A stretch of 58,320 bases of DNA, the filler included, from Sphacelaria rigidula (Eukaryota), in the NCBI GenBank assembly GCA_964200075.2. It is 6 parts of 6 records of this genome, joined end to end, with 100 filler letters (N's around TTAATTAATTAA, not from the genome) between each part and the next. Parts side by side here need not be neighbours in the genome. Positions count along the whole stretch, not along the records: positions 1 to 9,638 come from CAXNAA020008057.1; positions 9,739 to 19,375 come from CAXNAA020008058.1; 4 more parts are not named here. One strand, given 5' to 3'. Numbering within the stretch: the first letter of the stretch is position 1; each line of letters starts with the position of its first letter. Below the pieces are notes generated by a model, which worked only from the letters and a program-made list of their open reading frames with translations, did not search any database and was not told the origin of the DNA. The translations under genes and the position numbers were made by a program. Below, one piece after another: positions 1 to 12,559 of this stretch.

Positions 1-239
1 TTTTTTTTTTTTTTGGGTTTTTTGGTTTTTCCCCCCCCCCCCCCCCCCCCCACCCCGCTTTGACTCGACAGGCAACACAGTCGAGGAGTGATGCAAAGTG
101 TGAAAGTGATGGAGGAGGTCGCCCTCCGAGGTTTCAAACAAGGGCTCTCGACGCGCCCCGACCTATTCCGCGGTCTAACAGGGTTGAAAACAAATGACAG
201 TCCCGTGAAAAACCCAAAAGCGGGACTATGACCGCGCAC

Positions 240-549
240 CTGGTGCCAGGAAATCTTCTCCCTGTCACTGGCCTTCACTGCCTTTGCTATCGTCTCCGAT
301 ACGGCCTCCACCTTCCACGGATTGACGGCCAAGCAGCCCCGAAGGGGAGACAAACACGACACACCTTCCGACAACACCAACACTCCGGGGATACTCATCA
401 CCGTGCCGATGCCACCGTTGTTATCGTTGCCAATGCTGGTAGCCTTGGCTTTGTGCTGCTGCACTATCCTGTACTCGATGGGCGTGGTGCTCAGGCCGTC
501 TTGGACGGGGGTCTTGACAAAGGCCGAAGATACAGCCATGAGAGCCACC
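240..549 (-). CDS. TPS: TPS domain protein, exon F (gene continues past the contig end)
   Basis: tcttgttcaAG...GTgcgc; (R)VALMAVSSAFVKTPVQDGLSTTPIEYRIVQ...PGVLVLSEGVSCLSPLRGCLAVNPWKVEAVSETIAKAV..., matching RDGMNLVxxEY...GVLILSE...VNPW; 310 nt, phase 2/0. Confidence 0.92.
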
Positions 550-1802
550 CTTGAACAAGAAACAAGGAAAAAAAAAGGGGGAGGGAAAAAAAATATTATA
601 TATGTAGATATGTAGATATGTAGATATATAGATTGACGTTCACTTAACAGAACCAGCTGCTTGGCCACGCCACAACAATATCATATCCTGCACAACAAAA
701 TACACTGTCCGAAACTGTACCGCGTACAGTAAGTATGAAATAGGCGGAATAGTCGTTATTGCACGCAGTACACTTTTTGACAATGCGATGTAGTGTCCAG
801 GATGTGATTACACACACAAAAAAACACAAACCGGACAGCGAGGGAACCATCACGGACAAAATAAATCCAGCTGCTCTGCGTGCGCCAGCTTCGGGAACTC
901 CTGATTTTTGGCAAACTGAAGATGTACCGGGACAGAATCTGCTCAATAAGATTAGCGGCGGAAGCCCGCATCTCAAGCCAAACCTCCCACACACAGATTA
1001 GGGTAACCCAAAGTGAATTGAAAGAAGCGCGACGATGGCCGGGTGTTCAAACTCCACACTGGCCCAAAATTGAAGACCTCTCCACAATCAGACGGAGGAC
1101 TAAAACATGGGACATGTCCTGCTTCACTACTGTACCGCAGCAAAAACACTCAAGCCCTCTCTCATGTGTCGAAGCTTCCACTGTCTGTTCAGTTGTGGTG
1201 TGTTTACGCATTGCGAACACGATTTAGATTGCATGGGCTGCGATATCGTCGTTGTCTTCGTCTCTGCAGAAAACAATGTTAGTCGGCACGCAGTGCTGGC
1301 TGCACACTCTTGAAAGCTTCATGGGTGTGTTGACTGCTCCGTCTTCGGTAAAACGAACAACGCGCTGCCCGTTGCTGCGACACCCCTGCTGGTGCCATGC
1401 GCTGGGCGCCTGTACTATACCGTACTTTTGTATCGTGTTCAGTGTACAATACTGTATTATTTATGACACTGTATTGGGATGAAACGCGCTGTTATACGAG
1501 TTAGACCGCACGAACACTTGGTTTTAGGGTACTCCCCTGGCGATTCCCAAGCGAAATGGAGCAATCTGATTCGTAAGTTACTAAGCGAATCTGTCTTGCT
1601 GCGAATGCAGTCTGCCTGATTTTTCACGTGCGCGCATCCAAAAAAAATACGACCGAGCGGAACTCGTTCGGCATGCTGCACGAACAACGAAGCAACCGAA
1701 GACGAACTTCAACCAAACACGAACATATCGTTTCGAAGCTTTCCACACCAGGCTTTAGTTCCGTATGCGCGCATCCAGTTTAGCTCATCATGCTTTTTTA
1801 TA

Positions 1803-1948
1803 ACCGTGAAATCGAAATTTGTGTACCCATGACATTGTCACTCTCAACTGTTGGGCATAAGAAGAAATCCCAGATCGCTGCGAGGTTCGAACCCACAACC
1901 CACTCGTCAGAAGGTTTCGAGGTTACCAACTGAGCCACCGCGACCGGC
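1803..1948 (-). mobile_element. tRNA-derived SINE, 5' part
   Basis: GCCGGTCGCGGTGGCTCAGTTGG (A box)...GGTTCGAACC (B box), followed by a non-tRNA body shared with four other copies. Confidence 0.8.
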
Positions 1949-2287
1949 ATTGGAAGTTTTGTAATTATTATCACCATCATCATTTTGATTTTTCCGCACG
2001 TTAGCCCGACCTCTCAAACCCGTGGTCACAGACATGGATCCACCTTTCAAGAACCGTCCCTTACTGTTCTTGCTCACATACGAAGTACATAATAGTATAA
2101 CTGCATAATAGAATTGGACACGAAACACCCAAAAACACAACAACATTCGGAATCGCACACATGGATTCGAAGTCAAAGGTGGAAACCCACACACGTTAAT
2201 CGAGCACCCTGCTACCAGTTACTTTCGATATGCGTGACACCATGACTCCGTCATACGCCGTCTCAGGTAGTCTGGTCTGTTCCGCAC

Positions 2288-2382
2288 CTTTTGGTCAGGT
2301 CAATGTCCTTCTCATCGCGCTCTTCGTAGACTAGCGTTCGCTCGCCATACTTTGCGTTGACTCTCGCCGCTAGGCTGGACAC
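2288..2382 (-). CDS. TPS: TPS domain protein, exon E
   Basis: gccacAG...GTgcgg; VSSLAARVNAKYGERTLVYEERDEKDIDLTK(R), equivalent to VxxLVxRINxxFG; 95 nt, phase 0/2. Confidence 0.88.
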
Positions 2383-2893
2383 CTGTGGCACCCAAGAATT
2401 GAAGAAGAAAAAAAAACGAAAACACGTGTGACAGGGGAAACATCATACAGGAGGAGGCATATCGCACGCAACCATACCACAGACGAAAAAAAAACAAGAC
2501 AAAACAAGCAAAGTATTCCAAAGCCTTTCACGTGCACGCGAAGCTCTCACAAATAGTCATATTTGTGAGTTAGACCAGACTCCAACCATAATCATATTTC
2601 AACCGGACGGAAAACAGCCAATATTTCACGTGACCACTTCGTCTTCAGGCTGACGAGCTTCACGCTTGTCGTCGTTGCACGCGTCGAAGCTCGACAACGG
2701 CGAAAAAAAAAGAAGAAAGCAAGTCGACGTGGTGCGGCCGTGCTGACCCAGTGCGCGACACCAATGTGCCAGGCAGCTACAGGAGAAGAGATGGGTTGAT
2801 TCTGAAGACTACGGTCTCGCTCCGAGGAAGGTGAATGACGAAAAAAAAGCATGGCCCGGGAAAAAAAGTACTCAAGGATAATTCTTTCCTTAC

Positions 2894-2963
2894 CAGTTGT
2901 TGACAGGCGCGATAGTCACTCCCGCGCGCCGGATTGGTAACGCCCACCTCGTGCATCGCCACT
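2894..2963 (-). CDS. TPS: TPS domain protein, exon D
   Basis: gtgccAG...GTaagg; (R)VAMHEVGVTNPARGSDYRACQQL, equivalent to VVLVQIAxPSRxxxxxY; 70 nt, phase 2/0. Confidence 0.88.
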
Positions 2964-3780
2964 CTGGCACATCAGATTGATGGGGAAAAAAGGCGTGCGG
3001 GGGGGTAGCCAAAAGGTCAAGGCAAACAAAAAAAATGCTCGAGGCAAAGGAGCAGCAGCACTGGTACAGTACGGTACAGCTTCAGTACCAACAAAGTGGG
3101 ATCCATTCGATTCTTTCGACCGAACGGACTTCGACTCAAAGCGACGCTCATTATGATATTGTTTGCACACAAAATACGCCCGGGCGCAAATGTACCACAA
3201 TATTTAATACGATATTTTCGGTGGAAGGTATCTTTTTTTTTTCCTTCAGGTTTTTGGGTTACCACGAGTCATAATGGTCCATGTTTAATTCAATCTCTGA
3301 GAATTCGAAAGACATCAGTACCCGACAAAAAATTCAGGGGAAGCTATCTTCTTGAATCGTCTGGCCCGCCAACCAGTTACTTTTAATTTTAATCGTTGTA
3401 CATCAATCCATTATTTTTGTTAATTGATATTTTGTTTGCGGTTGCTCCGCCTGCAGTAAAGATCCAAATATCTTGTGGTGAAAGGGCTAGACCTCAAATC
3501 CTATCTGCATGAGGTAGAGGTCACGATCCACGCAAACACACGCAGTGTATGTGTAATCATCATCACCGACATGGTAGCGCTTGCAAGCAGACAGTTGCTC
3601 AGCTGTGGCTGTAGAATTACTGGCAAATGACGGTTAGTTGATGAAAGTGTTTCGAAAACAGGTCAAGCGCCATGAGAGGGTCGAAATCTCCGATAGTGTA
3701 CACATCGGCACTCCTCATTCTTATCCTTCATATGTTAAAAAAAAATGCCGACAACATTCCCACGGTCAACCGTCGAAACG

Positions 3781-4130
3781 CGTGTGTGTGCGTGTGTGTC
3801 GTCACCCAATATATTTTAGACACCAGTCTACCCCATTCGGTACAAGTGAGCGAGCATCAGCCAGGGTCATCCAGAAGGAAGGAAACACAAGTTTTTAATG
3901 TCATTTTTTTTTGTTTTAGGACCACATCTTACTGTTGAGGTATGCTTGCCTTACTCTCTACGGGGAGAACGCCTCAGCGATTCCTTTCTCTCGTCGACCG
4001 CGGAGTCGAAGTTCATATACCCACGACATACTCGCCCTCCACTGTTGGGAATTGTGTGAGAAAAAAAAACAGACCGTGTGGCTTCACGGAGCTTCGAACC
4101 CATACCCCAACCTTTAGAAGGTTCGAGGCT
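3781..4130 (-). mobile_element. tRNA-derived SINE, near full length with (CA)n tail
   Basis: Degenerate head with GGTTCGAAGC, body CCCAACAGTGGAG...TTCGAC..GGTCGAC, tail ending in (CA)n. Confidence 0.72.
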
Positions 4131-4291
4131 CGTGAAGTGGGAAAAACCTGGGCACTTTGAGAATTTCCTTGAAATAAATCCAGCCACACGACATCGTCAA
4201 CTACACACCCTTGCCTTCTTCTATTATGAAGTGATCGCTCAAGAGGCTGCACGTTCAACTAGGCACACCAAACACTACACACTACACACAC

Positions 4292-4434
4292 CTGCCCACG
4301 AGTTCGGGGTAATCTTTGAGCATGTTTTCGAATGCCAGCATCTTGAGCCAAACGCCCTTGAGCCTCTCCACTCTCTCCACCCCAGCGACGATGATGCGGT
4401 CGCCGTGTAAGGCTTTCAGCCTTGCTTCTTCCTC
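4292..4434 (-). CDS. TPS: TPS domain protein, exon C
   Basis: gtattAG...GTgtgt; EEEARLKALHGDRIIVAGVERVERLKGVWLKMLAFENMLKDYPELVG(R), matching GVDRLDxxKGIxxKLLAFExFLxxxP; 143 nt, ends phase 2. Confidence 0.92.
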
Positions 4435-4900
4435 CTAATACAACCACGGTACAGTTAGTGCGGTGCGTGCGCAGAACGGTTCTTGTTCACGTCAGAGAAA
4501 AGCTATATGTAGCGGACTTGGGTTTGTGGAATGACACAAAAATCGCGAAGGGATAGGCGGGTACGATTATGCAGAAACGAATGTGACAAGCACGATTTGA
4601 GATCTGGGTTTGCGGAGTGATACCAGCGCTACTGGATAGGCGGAAACCACTACAGTATTTAGGTGTTTAGACGACTGTGACACACATAGAGGGATCTGGG
4701 TTTTGTGGAGGGATTAGAATCACGAATGCAAATAGACGGGGATACAGTCATCAGGCCGATGAGATGATTGTAAAACGATGAAGTATTTGGAGTGACAAAA
4801 TTTCTTGTCGCTATCGCATGAGACCTTTTACTCAAATCTGGATCCCTCCTTTGGTAGTGATGGTGATGGTGATGATGCGCGGGGCGCGAGGGGCGGGGCG

Positions 4901-5190
4901 GGGGGTTACTCATGATCATGCATGCCATGGTTATAAGACCATTGACCTCGCGTCCCTACAAAGCCGAGACGGAGCAACGCCGGGTTTTTCGCCGGACGAG
5001 GCTCGCACTCAATCACCAATCACCCACCGCGAAGCGCCGTGGTGTGCTGGGAGAGTCGCATGAACGGTGACCTGCATTCTGCGAAGATTATTCGGCCTCA
5101 AGCCTGCTGATTATCTTGCATTTGGATGACAACCTACAATGAGTTGCTTCATTTTCTGGTTTTGCCACTTCCGGAAACAGCCATGGCTTA
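4901..5190 (+). repeat. Unclassified interspersed repeat R1, partial copy
   Basis: Collinear with 26589-26870 (TTGACCTCGC.TCC.TACAAAGCCG.GACGGAGC...TTATCTTGCATTT.GGA.GACA.CCT.CAATGAGT.GCTTCA). Confidence 0.8.
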
Positions 5191-6489
5191 CTGTATATAG
5201 CAACAGCAGCATGAGGTGATTCGTGTCCAGCCGAGAGCGATGGCGCACTTACCGTCTCTTGCCGTTGTATCCAGCGACGACATACAGCACACACATACAC
5301 TGACTCTGCACGCTATTAATTGACTGCAGGGCCGAAACTGGTTAAGTGTATTCGTCGACCATCTTCTAAATAAGTGCCAAATATCCACTTGTTTATGAAA
5401 AATACGTTTTGTGTAGCGAGAAAAAAACTGTTCTGAACCCCAAATATGGCTTAGTCCAACTCAGTCCACCTACGGGGGGCTCGCTGCCTCAAGGTTAAAA
5501 CCGGCCCTAGAGGATGGGTGTTGAATGACCAAGTCTCCACGCGCGCGCGCGCAAGAGAATGAGCGAGAAGGCATTGCACACGGACGGGGGGCAGCCACGG
5601 TATCGGTCTCGAATGGCCGAAAGTGCTGGTACAGTTGCCCCGTTCAAGGAAACTTGGGCCCTTTCGTCCATATCGCGTCGCCACTCGGCCACTTGAGAAC
5701 CGGGGCCATGGTTACCAACCACGTTGCACTGTGAACGCCTCGATAATTCTTGTCAGCACTCTGCCAATCAAGGGACGGATACTATGGTTGCCATGATGAT
5801 GCTTCGTTGATTTAGCATTCGGTTCATCAGTACTGCACGGTCGTGCCTCCATGCTCAACTGATTATTCCCAGTATTTTGGCGTGGACAACAGTACAGACA
5901 GTCGTTGTCCTCACACTGGACACCATCCCAATATCCGCACAGTACTCTGTACTGGGCATCTGATGCGGAGGCCTTCCGTGGTCACAGGCATGAAATAAAA
6001 TCGAACCACGAACTACCCCAAGCTAGGGTAAAATAAAAGCATGAAATAAAATCGAACCCAGAACAATTTACATAGACGTGATACAAGAAAGAAAAACAAT
6101 AATAAAAAACAAGATAATGAGAAAAAGAGGAAGGAAAGATGACTGCTGCTAGCCCTCTAAGTTCCGATGTCATATGCGACCATTCGGGCTACTGGAGGCA
6201 GGGCCCATTGGTCCACTCAACACGCGAGGCCCAACAGGAAGGGAGCCAAACGAGAGATCCACGATCACCAGCCAAAGCGAGAAGAGTCGCAGGGGTCTAA
6301 CCGTGTACCTCTAGGGGGACAGCTATGCGTGAGAATATGTACCGCCCGCAAAATCTTTCCATAGTCATCGATCGGGCGTCAGGGTGCTGACGGCTGACGT
6401 GGGTATCTCCCGCAGTTTCATGGAAACAATATCTTCAGAAATCAACCAGAAACTCTTCCGACCCCCCTTCTCATCACTACCACCACCCA

Positions 6490-6817
6490 GTGGACCTCAA
6501 GCTTTGCTCATATATGTATGGTTGACGACATGACTACTTGATTCCAGACTCGAAAAAGTTCTGACAAAATTCATGGTTTGGGACAGGTGAGCAGTGGACC
6601 CAGCTCGCGTGTCCAGCACGTGTTCTTGTCGAAATCGGCGCCTGCGGCGTAGATTTCAGGTCTGCCAACGCACACTTGCCTGGGTAAACCTATGCATTCC
6701 CCTTGCCCGAGGGTCTCGTACGCCTTGGGTTGGGGTTAGGGTTAGGTTTTTAGCGTCATTGTTAGTTCGTTCGAAAAAACTCAACCATAGATATACGACC
6801 AAAACTTTCGGTCGCCT
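6490..6817 (+). mobile_element. TIR element (MITE) R4 with internal telomere-like GGGTTAGGGTTAGG
   Basis: Collinear with 17796-18345 minus that copy's insert; degenerate terminal inverted repeats. Confidence 0.7.
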
Positions 6818-6987
6818 CCCACCACCACCACCACCACCACCACAAACCACAACGATGGTGGCCCTCAATCGTTTTGTACACTTTACAGTAGCGAGACAGC
6901 GATCGCGATACTGGGGAATGGATGGCGACTACAGACGGCGAAACAGGAAGGCACACATATTAAAACGATCACGCTTTGAGGCCTCAC

Positions 6988-7098
6988 CTTTGCCTCTGGC
7001 TCAGCAATGGCTGCCCGTACCACCTCGGACTCCACTCCCGCGTGCCCAGTGCTCAGTATCACCGGCTTTCCCCCATTGATGATTTGTAGGAGTCCAGT
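6988..7098 (-). CDS. TPS: TPS domain protein, exon B
   Basis: cctcacAG...GTgagg; 37 codons TGLLQIINGGKPVILSTGHAGVESEVVRAAIAEPEAK (position of the GRxVxV..P/HIGID segment); phase 0/0, compatible with neighbouring exons. Confidence 0.85.
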
Positions 7099-7759
7099 CT
7101 GTGAGGACGGGCACATGACAGGACAAAACACGCGCCCTGTGTTGCTTGCGGGGGCTACTCGTACGACGACTTTGTGACTGGTTGGCTCGTTCATCGATTG
7201 TTGCGCACGCACTTATCCGCCGCAAAATTCAGTTATGGTAACGAGCTTTAGACATGGGAATACAGTAGTACCCGAGTTGATGACGGAAAAAGATCGCACC
7301 AATTGTGGGTATAAAAAAGGGTATACTGATACTGAGAAGGAGGGGTGGCAGTTTGAAAAACGTGCTTGTGAAAAAAGAATTTCCGTTGAAAAAATATAGC
7401 ACGAACGAACCCGTGCAATACAACATCCCAACTCCGGCTCAGGAAACACTGGATTTCTTTGCTCACGAAGATTGCACGCCCTGGACAAAACATGTTGAAT
7501 AGTTGAAAAAGACAGAAAATGTACTGCGTAGAGGACGGGCCTGTTGGAACTATTGGCGGCCCACAATAGTCGTAGTGGACCTATATCTTCAGCGGTGCAT
7601 GTTCCGTCTATTGCAACTGTAATATGGACCATGTGCTGTCCAGGCTTTGTCAAGTTTGCCAGAACGACCGTCGCACTACTGTGTCTACGGCAAATCATGT
7701 CTTGAAGGTCTTTTCAGCGAGAACGCATGGGAGACACTTTTCGTAGCTTTTTTTCTCCA

Positions 7760-7898
7760 GTGTCGCACTTTGACCCCCTCCCTTCCTCGGGACAAGTCTG
7801 CGGTCGCAAGGGGATCAACCCATCTCTCCCCGGTACACGCCTTGCATCTTGGTCTCGCGAATTGGGTCAGCACTACCACACCGCGTCAACTCTCGTCG
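7760..7898 (+). repeat. Short interspersed repeat R2 (~130 bp); other copies at 2721-2831(-), 13944-14080(-), 20866-21003(+), 52453-52575(+)
   Basis: Shared core CCTTCCTCGGGACAAGTCTG.GGTC..AAGGGATCAACCC.TCTCTCCCCGGTACACGCCTTGCAT.TT. Confidence 0.78.
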
Positions 7899-9032
7899 TA
7901 ACATGCTCAGTCTGCTACTTTTTGTGCAGTCACGTCATAACGCTTCCAATGGTACAACTCAGATACTGCCCAGAAAACCCCCAACACATCGCTTATCGAG
8001 CCCAAGTTCCCAGGACCATAATGATGACGGTCGGATCATTTCAATTGACACCACCGGAACGCGAAGGCTATTCTAAAATGAAAAAACTTGCACATCATCC
8101 CTTCGGCATCATCTTCACGCAAAAATTATGATGCATGACCCACAGAACCTATCCCGCGCTCAAGGGCTCAACGAAAGCGGGGAGGGGGGACATGAGAACG
8201 AGATTGTGATAATGAGACCAAGATTGGCGATTCACTTTTTCCCTCATCCTGATTAGTGTAAGGCTAGTGCATTGTTCCATAATCATCGCTCTCACAATCA
8301 CTCTCAGGCCGTGTCTTATCAAACATGTTTTCGATAGTAAAGGTGCGGCGGAGAAGACAAATTCCGATCTGATGATTTGCCATTCATGTCCACGTCATTG
8401 TGTTGAAGTGACAACCTTATCAGATCGTTTTTTCTCTTCCTCACTGTACGCTTTCGATCGAAAATAACGTGACACATCGATCTCTTCGGGTGCGGTCACG
8501 CTCTCCGACTCCGTTTCATTCTTTTTTTTTTTTGCCAACTGGAGAGGCGGGCGAGTTCTTGTGATTATTATGAGATTGTGAACCGTCACTGTCATTCTTA
8601 TCATCACCACCTCATTCTTCCTTCCTCAACCCTTCGTTTGACCACCAGGGTGGGTTATCTGAATCTCAGTCATTCTTCAGCTCAAGATAATGCCGATTCA
8701 ACAAATGACCGACCTAATGTGGAGGTGAAGGGATTAAGACGGGGCCTCACCAAATTACTGAACACGATACCTTTGAAAAAAAGTGAGAAGAGACGCCCGG
8801 TCACTTCAAAGCTTGACAAGGCAGCAGCATCACCATTCAAGTTTAAATGTCAATCGTCATGATCCAGCCGGAGCATAACAAATAGTGCGATTTCTTCTGT
8901 ACAACGGATTGCCTCGAATTGTGATTAGACGAGAGACATCTGAAGGTCTCCATTTTTCGAGCGCTGTGCAAAATAAAAAAATAGAAATAAGCAAATACTC
9001 CGCGAAAGCTGAAATATTGCACCATATCCCAC

Positions 9033-9119
9033 CTCCGGGTTATACAGATGCTGCAATCCGAGCAGCCTGCGACAGCTGGACATGAAGTTCCTGCCGTCGG
9101 CATACCTGTGGAATCCAAC
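9033..9119 (-). CDS. TPS: Trehalose-6-phosphate synthase (GT20) domain protein, internal exon A (upstream exons not in contig)
   Basis: Acceptor ttttctcaacAG, donor GTggga; 29 codons VGFHRYADGRNFMSSCRRLLGLQHLYNPE, matching the TPS consensus VGFHTxDYARHFLSxCxRxLG. Confidence 0.88.
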
Positions 9120-9638
9120 CTGTTGAGAAAAAAAAAAAGGAGGAAAAACTGTATCGTCGAAAAGCGTACTGCATACAATATGTGATCTATGGTCTATTAC
9201 AATGGACGCAACAGTCGACACTGTGCGGAGTACTTTTCGACACTATACATCTAGAGTCCAAAGTGTGATGAGTATACTGGCTGGCTGCGCTAGTACTCAG
9301 CCCTGTTGATTGTTTGATGAATTGGATCGTTTTCTAGCACATCCCAGGGAGTGAAACGCGGCGAATGAAGCTGTGATGAAAAAGTAACAAGCATGACTCA
9401 CCCAGGATTTAAAAAAAAAAGGCAAAACACGGAACATCCACTGAAAGGAGAGTGAAACAAACAGGGGGACCATCTGGCCGGCAACACGTCAACTCCAATC
9501 ACCCCACGTCATCGACACAGCCAAAATAAACGAGTCTGTCCGTGCTATCCAAAACAGTACTCCAATGCCGCATGTAGTTATGTCATCGCGCGCGCGCGGG
9601 GGGGGGGGGGGGGGGGGGGGGAGGAGGAGGAACAAAGC

Positions 9639-9738
9639 NNNNNNNNNNNNNNNNNNNNNNNNNNNNNNNNNNNNNNNNNNNNTTAATTAATTAANNNNNN
9701 NNNNNNNNNNNNNNNNNNNNNNNNNNNNNNNNNNNNNN
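9639..9738. other. Artificial contig spacer
   Basis: N44-TTAATTAATTAA-N44, a six-frame stop linker. Confidence 0.97.
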
Positions 9739-9905
9739 GCCACAAGATCTTGCGTGAGATGGCCATATGATCGTTGATCTCGCATCCCTACAAAGCCGGG
9801 ACGGAGCACACCGGCTTTTCGCTGGACCAGGGTCGCAATCAATTACCCAGCCCGAAGCGCCGTGATGAGTTCGGCGAGTCGCGTGAAGGGTGAGCTGCAT
9901 CCTGA
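9739..9905 (+). repeat. R1 partial copy at contig start
   Basis: TCGCATCCCTACAAAGCCGGGACGGAGCACACCGG...GAAGGGTGAGCTGCAT. Confidence 0.8.
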
Positions 9906-9930
9906 TGATATGGTGCCAATGAGGAGGGGA

Positions 9931-9939
9931 AGTAGTAGC

Positions 9940-10000
<61 letters not shown>

Positions 10001-10150
10001 TGAGTAGTAGTGGTAGTAGTGGTAGTACTCGTTGTAAATACACTAGTACTAGTACTAGTATTAGTAGTACTGGTTGGTACGAGTACTAGTACAAGGACTA
10101 GTTACTAGACGTGGTAGTAGTGGTGAGGGTGGGGGTGGTGGTAGCAGTGC
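9931..10150. repeat. (TAG)n microsatellite with degenerate flank
   Basis: Directly visible. Confidence 0.95.
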
Positions 10151-11204
10151 TACTTTCCTAGAATGCCTAGACGCAGCGATAAGCCGAGTTTCGATCAACT
10201 CAGTTCGGGACCGATACTTATTAATCTCGACGTTTTGATGTGATCTCTCAAAACCTTTTGCAGTTGACTCTCTTTCGCCTCTCTCCCGTGATCTTCTCCC
10301 TTCCTCGAGTTTTCCCTTCGCGACCGTTTCCATTTCTTTAACTCGAGCACGTCTATCTTGTGGAGAATAACCATGGCTGCATCCCTCGGAGATCATTTAA
10401 CGTGCAACAATCGATCAATGAATCAATCACGGTTACGGGTCGCAAGGCTGACAAGAGCAGCTGGTGAAAACCGCTTGTCCTGCTAGGCCAAAACCCGAGA
10501 CTAAATGAGCAACGCTCGGGAGGCGTAACCTATCCTAAGTTTACTTTCGAAAACAGAGTAATGAATGGAACGATAGGGTAGGATGGCTGGGGGGGGGGTG
10601 TCGAATAAAAAGTGCAGAGCAAATAGGCCTTGGCATACGTGAACATTTTCAGTGAAGCGACACAAGGGCAAAGGCCGTATCGTTGGCAAATCTCTTTTCA
10701 CCAGCAAGCATTCAGAGATCGTTGCATGCGGCAGGGATAGTTCGTAAAAATAAACGTTCACAAGGCAACGACCCACTGGTGGACACTGGACTCAATCGAG
10801 TCCCGTCTTTCCGGGGGTTTCTGAGGTTCCGCAACCACGCCCCCCAACACAGCACCCCCGAGCGGTTCTCCAACATGACGGAAGAGATTTGGCAAGTAAC
10901 TAATATGCGCTTTCACACAAGATCCGCGAACGTAGACTTAGAAGCTGGAACATGACTGTAGCATACGCGGGGGGCGGACTTCCCCGGGAATATGGTATCT
11001 TTCTTCCCAATATTTTTAACGACTCGAAAAATAAATCTGTACACTCGTGTGTTTCTCTTGTCATTTGAGTCTCGACGAAGTTATCCTGAGTTGTGTGATG
11101 GAAATTTTCGCGCGACGTTTTCATTTTTTGGTCGAGCAACTGTTCCGGATTCCGGGAAGACATCAACGATATAGCCGGAGAGACAAGCGCTATGCATACC
11201 AGGT

Positions 11205-11263
<59 letters not shown>

Positions 11264-11680
11264 GGGGGGACAGGAATAGATGCGGTAGAGAAACAGGAAC
11301 AACACGGGAGAATGGAAAAGAATAAAGAACACTAGAGAGAAATAAACAACAATAAAAATAGCTAGATGAAGAAAAAAGGGGGAGGAGGAGGAGGAGGAGG
11401 AGGAGAAGGGAAAAAGAGAAGAAAAAAAAAAGATACCCAACCTTGTCGTAACAACGACGGGGGACAGGAAAGGATACAGGAGAGAAACAGGAAAAACACG
11501 GAGGAATGGAATAGAATAATAAGAACTAGAGAGAAATGATCCGCAACAAGAGCGACTAGATGAAGAAGAAATAAGAGGAGCGGGACGACAAGGAGGAGGA
11601 GGACGAGGAGGACGGCGAGGAGGACGACGAGGAGGAGGGGGAAAAGAGAAAAAGAAAACGATATTCAACTTTGTCGCCAT
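11205..11680. repeat. (CAA)n microsatellite followed by a two-unit ~200-230-bp purine-rich tandem duplication with (GGA)n
   Basis: GGGGGACAGGAA..GAT.C.G.AGAGAAACAGGAA at ~11266 and ~11460. Confidence 0.85.
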
Positions 11681-11934
11681 CAGGCGATATACCCCGTAAC
11701 CCGCGGTATCAGCATTTGAGCTTCAGCTCTGACAGGATCTTCCTGTGTGATGTATGTAGAAAATACGACCTCCAAGAATTCCAAGCTTGTAAACAAGTGA
11801 ACCAAAGGGCAAACTCGATTCAAGCTTGTAAATGACTGAAAAAAAGCAAACTCGAAATAAACGGCATTCTCTAGCCAGACCATATAATCGAACAGCAACG
11901 ACAGAGAACCCCGAGGGACTACATGTGCTCTCAC

Positions 11935-12066
11935 CGATAATATGGAGTGAACCATCACAGCCTGGTGCTCGTCCACAAGTCCGTTCGCTGCCGCAGATTG
12001 TCCGCCCGATTCCAGCACAGCGCAAGCCGCCACGATCAGCTGCGCCTGCACCTCCCAAGCGGGGTC
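11935..12066 (-). CDS. Uncharacterised helical (ARM/HEAT-like) protein, internal exon C
   Basis: ccttttatcacccAG...GTgaga; 44 codons DPAWEVQAQLIVAACAVLESGGQSAAANGLVDEHQAVMVHSILS; the junction gives LPAMLKLAQE|DPAWEVQ, a HEAT-like LxxLxxDxxWEV pattern. Confidence 0.72.
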
Positions 12067-12559
12067 CTGGGTGATAAAAGGTAATATATGAACATGAGAG
12101 GGTTAGAGGGGGAAATTTAATATATTTTGTTTTACTAGGCGTCGGCCAAAGAAGAAAATAGAAAAGAAGACTACATGAGATATTGATACTACAAGGTGTT
12201 GACCTGGTGTCTTTATTTGCCCTAAATTTTGCGGTCCTCTTTTGTATGATTATACTTACGCCGGTGAAGGTACACATGAGACGTGAAGGAACTGGCCTGT
12301 CCTTGAGCTCCGAACAGCTTGTGAAATACTGAGGTAGTGCTAGACTCACGCCGGCTTTTGCTACGCTGGTGGGACCCTCTCAGAGTGTTTGCCACCCTCT
12401 CTACTCTGACTTGCAAATTTTGCCTCAACCCTTTTAATCCTGGCCCTCACTCATGAGCAAAACACGCAGGTTTGCTTGGTGCTTCGTGTGGAGAGTGGTG
12501 CATATAATAAAATCAGCAAAACAAATCGAACAAAATTCGCGCAGTTCGTGTGGTCCACA

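Noticed and set aside
1860..1948. tRNA gene (A and B boxes present)
   Set aside because: No convincing acceptor stem, and it continues into a body shared by several diverged copies, so it is a SINE head.
6725..6748. Telomere (GGGTTAGGGTTAGG)
   Set aside because: Only 2-3 units, internal to a dispersed TIR element and not at a sequence end.
9683..9694. Recurrent TTAATTAATTAA motif as a regulatory or recombination site
   Set aside because: Always centred in N runs; it is a synthetic six-frame stop linker.
9843..11680. Poly-L/S/T/P ORFs (also 17043-17396, 22827-23245, 27921-28528)
   Set aside because: They are translations of (TAG)n, (CAA)n, (GGA)n, (ATT)n and (TTG)n microsatellites.
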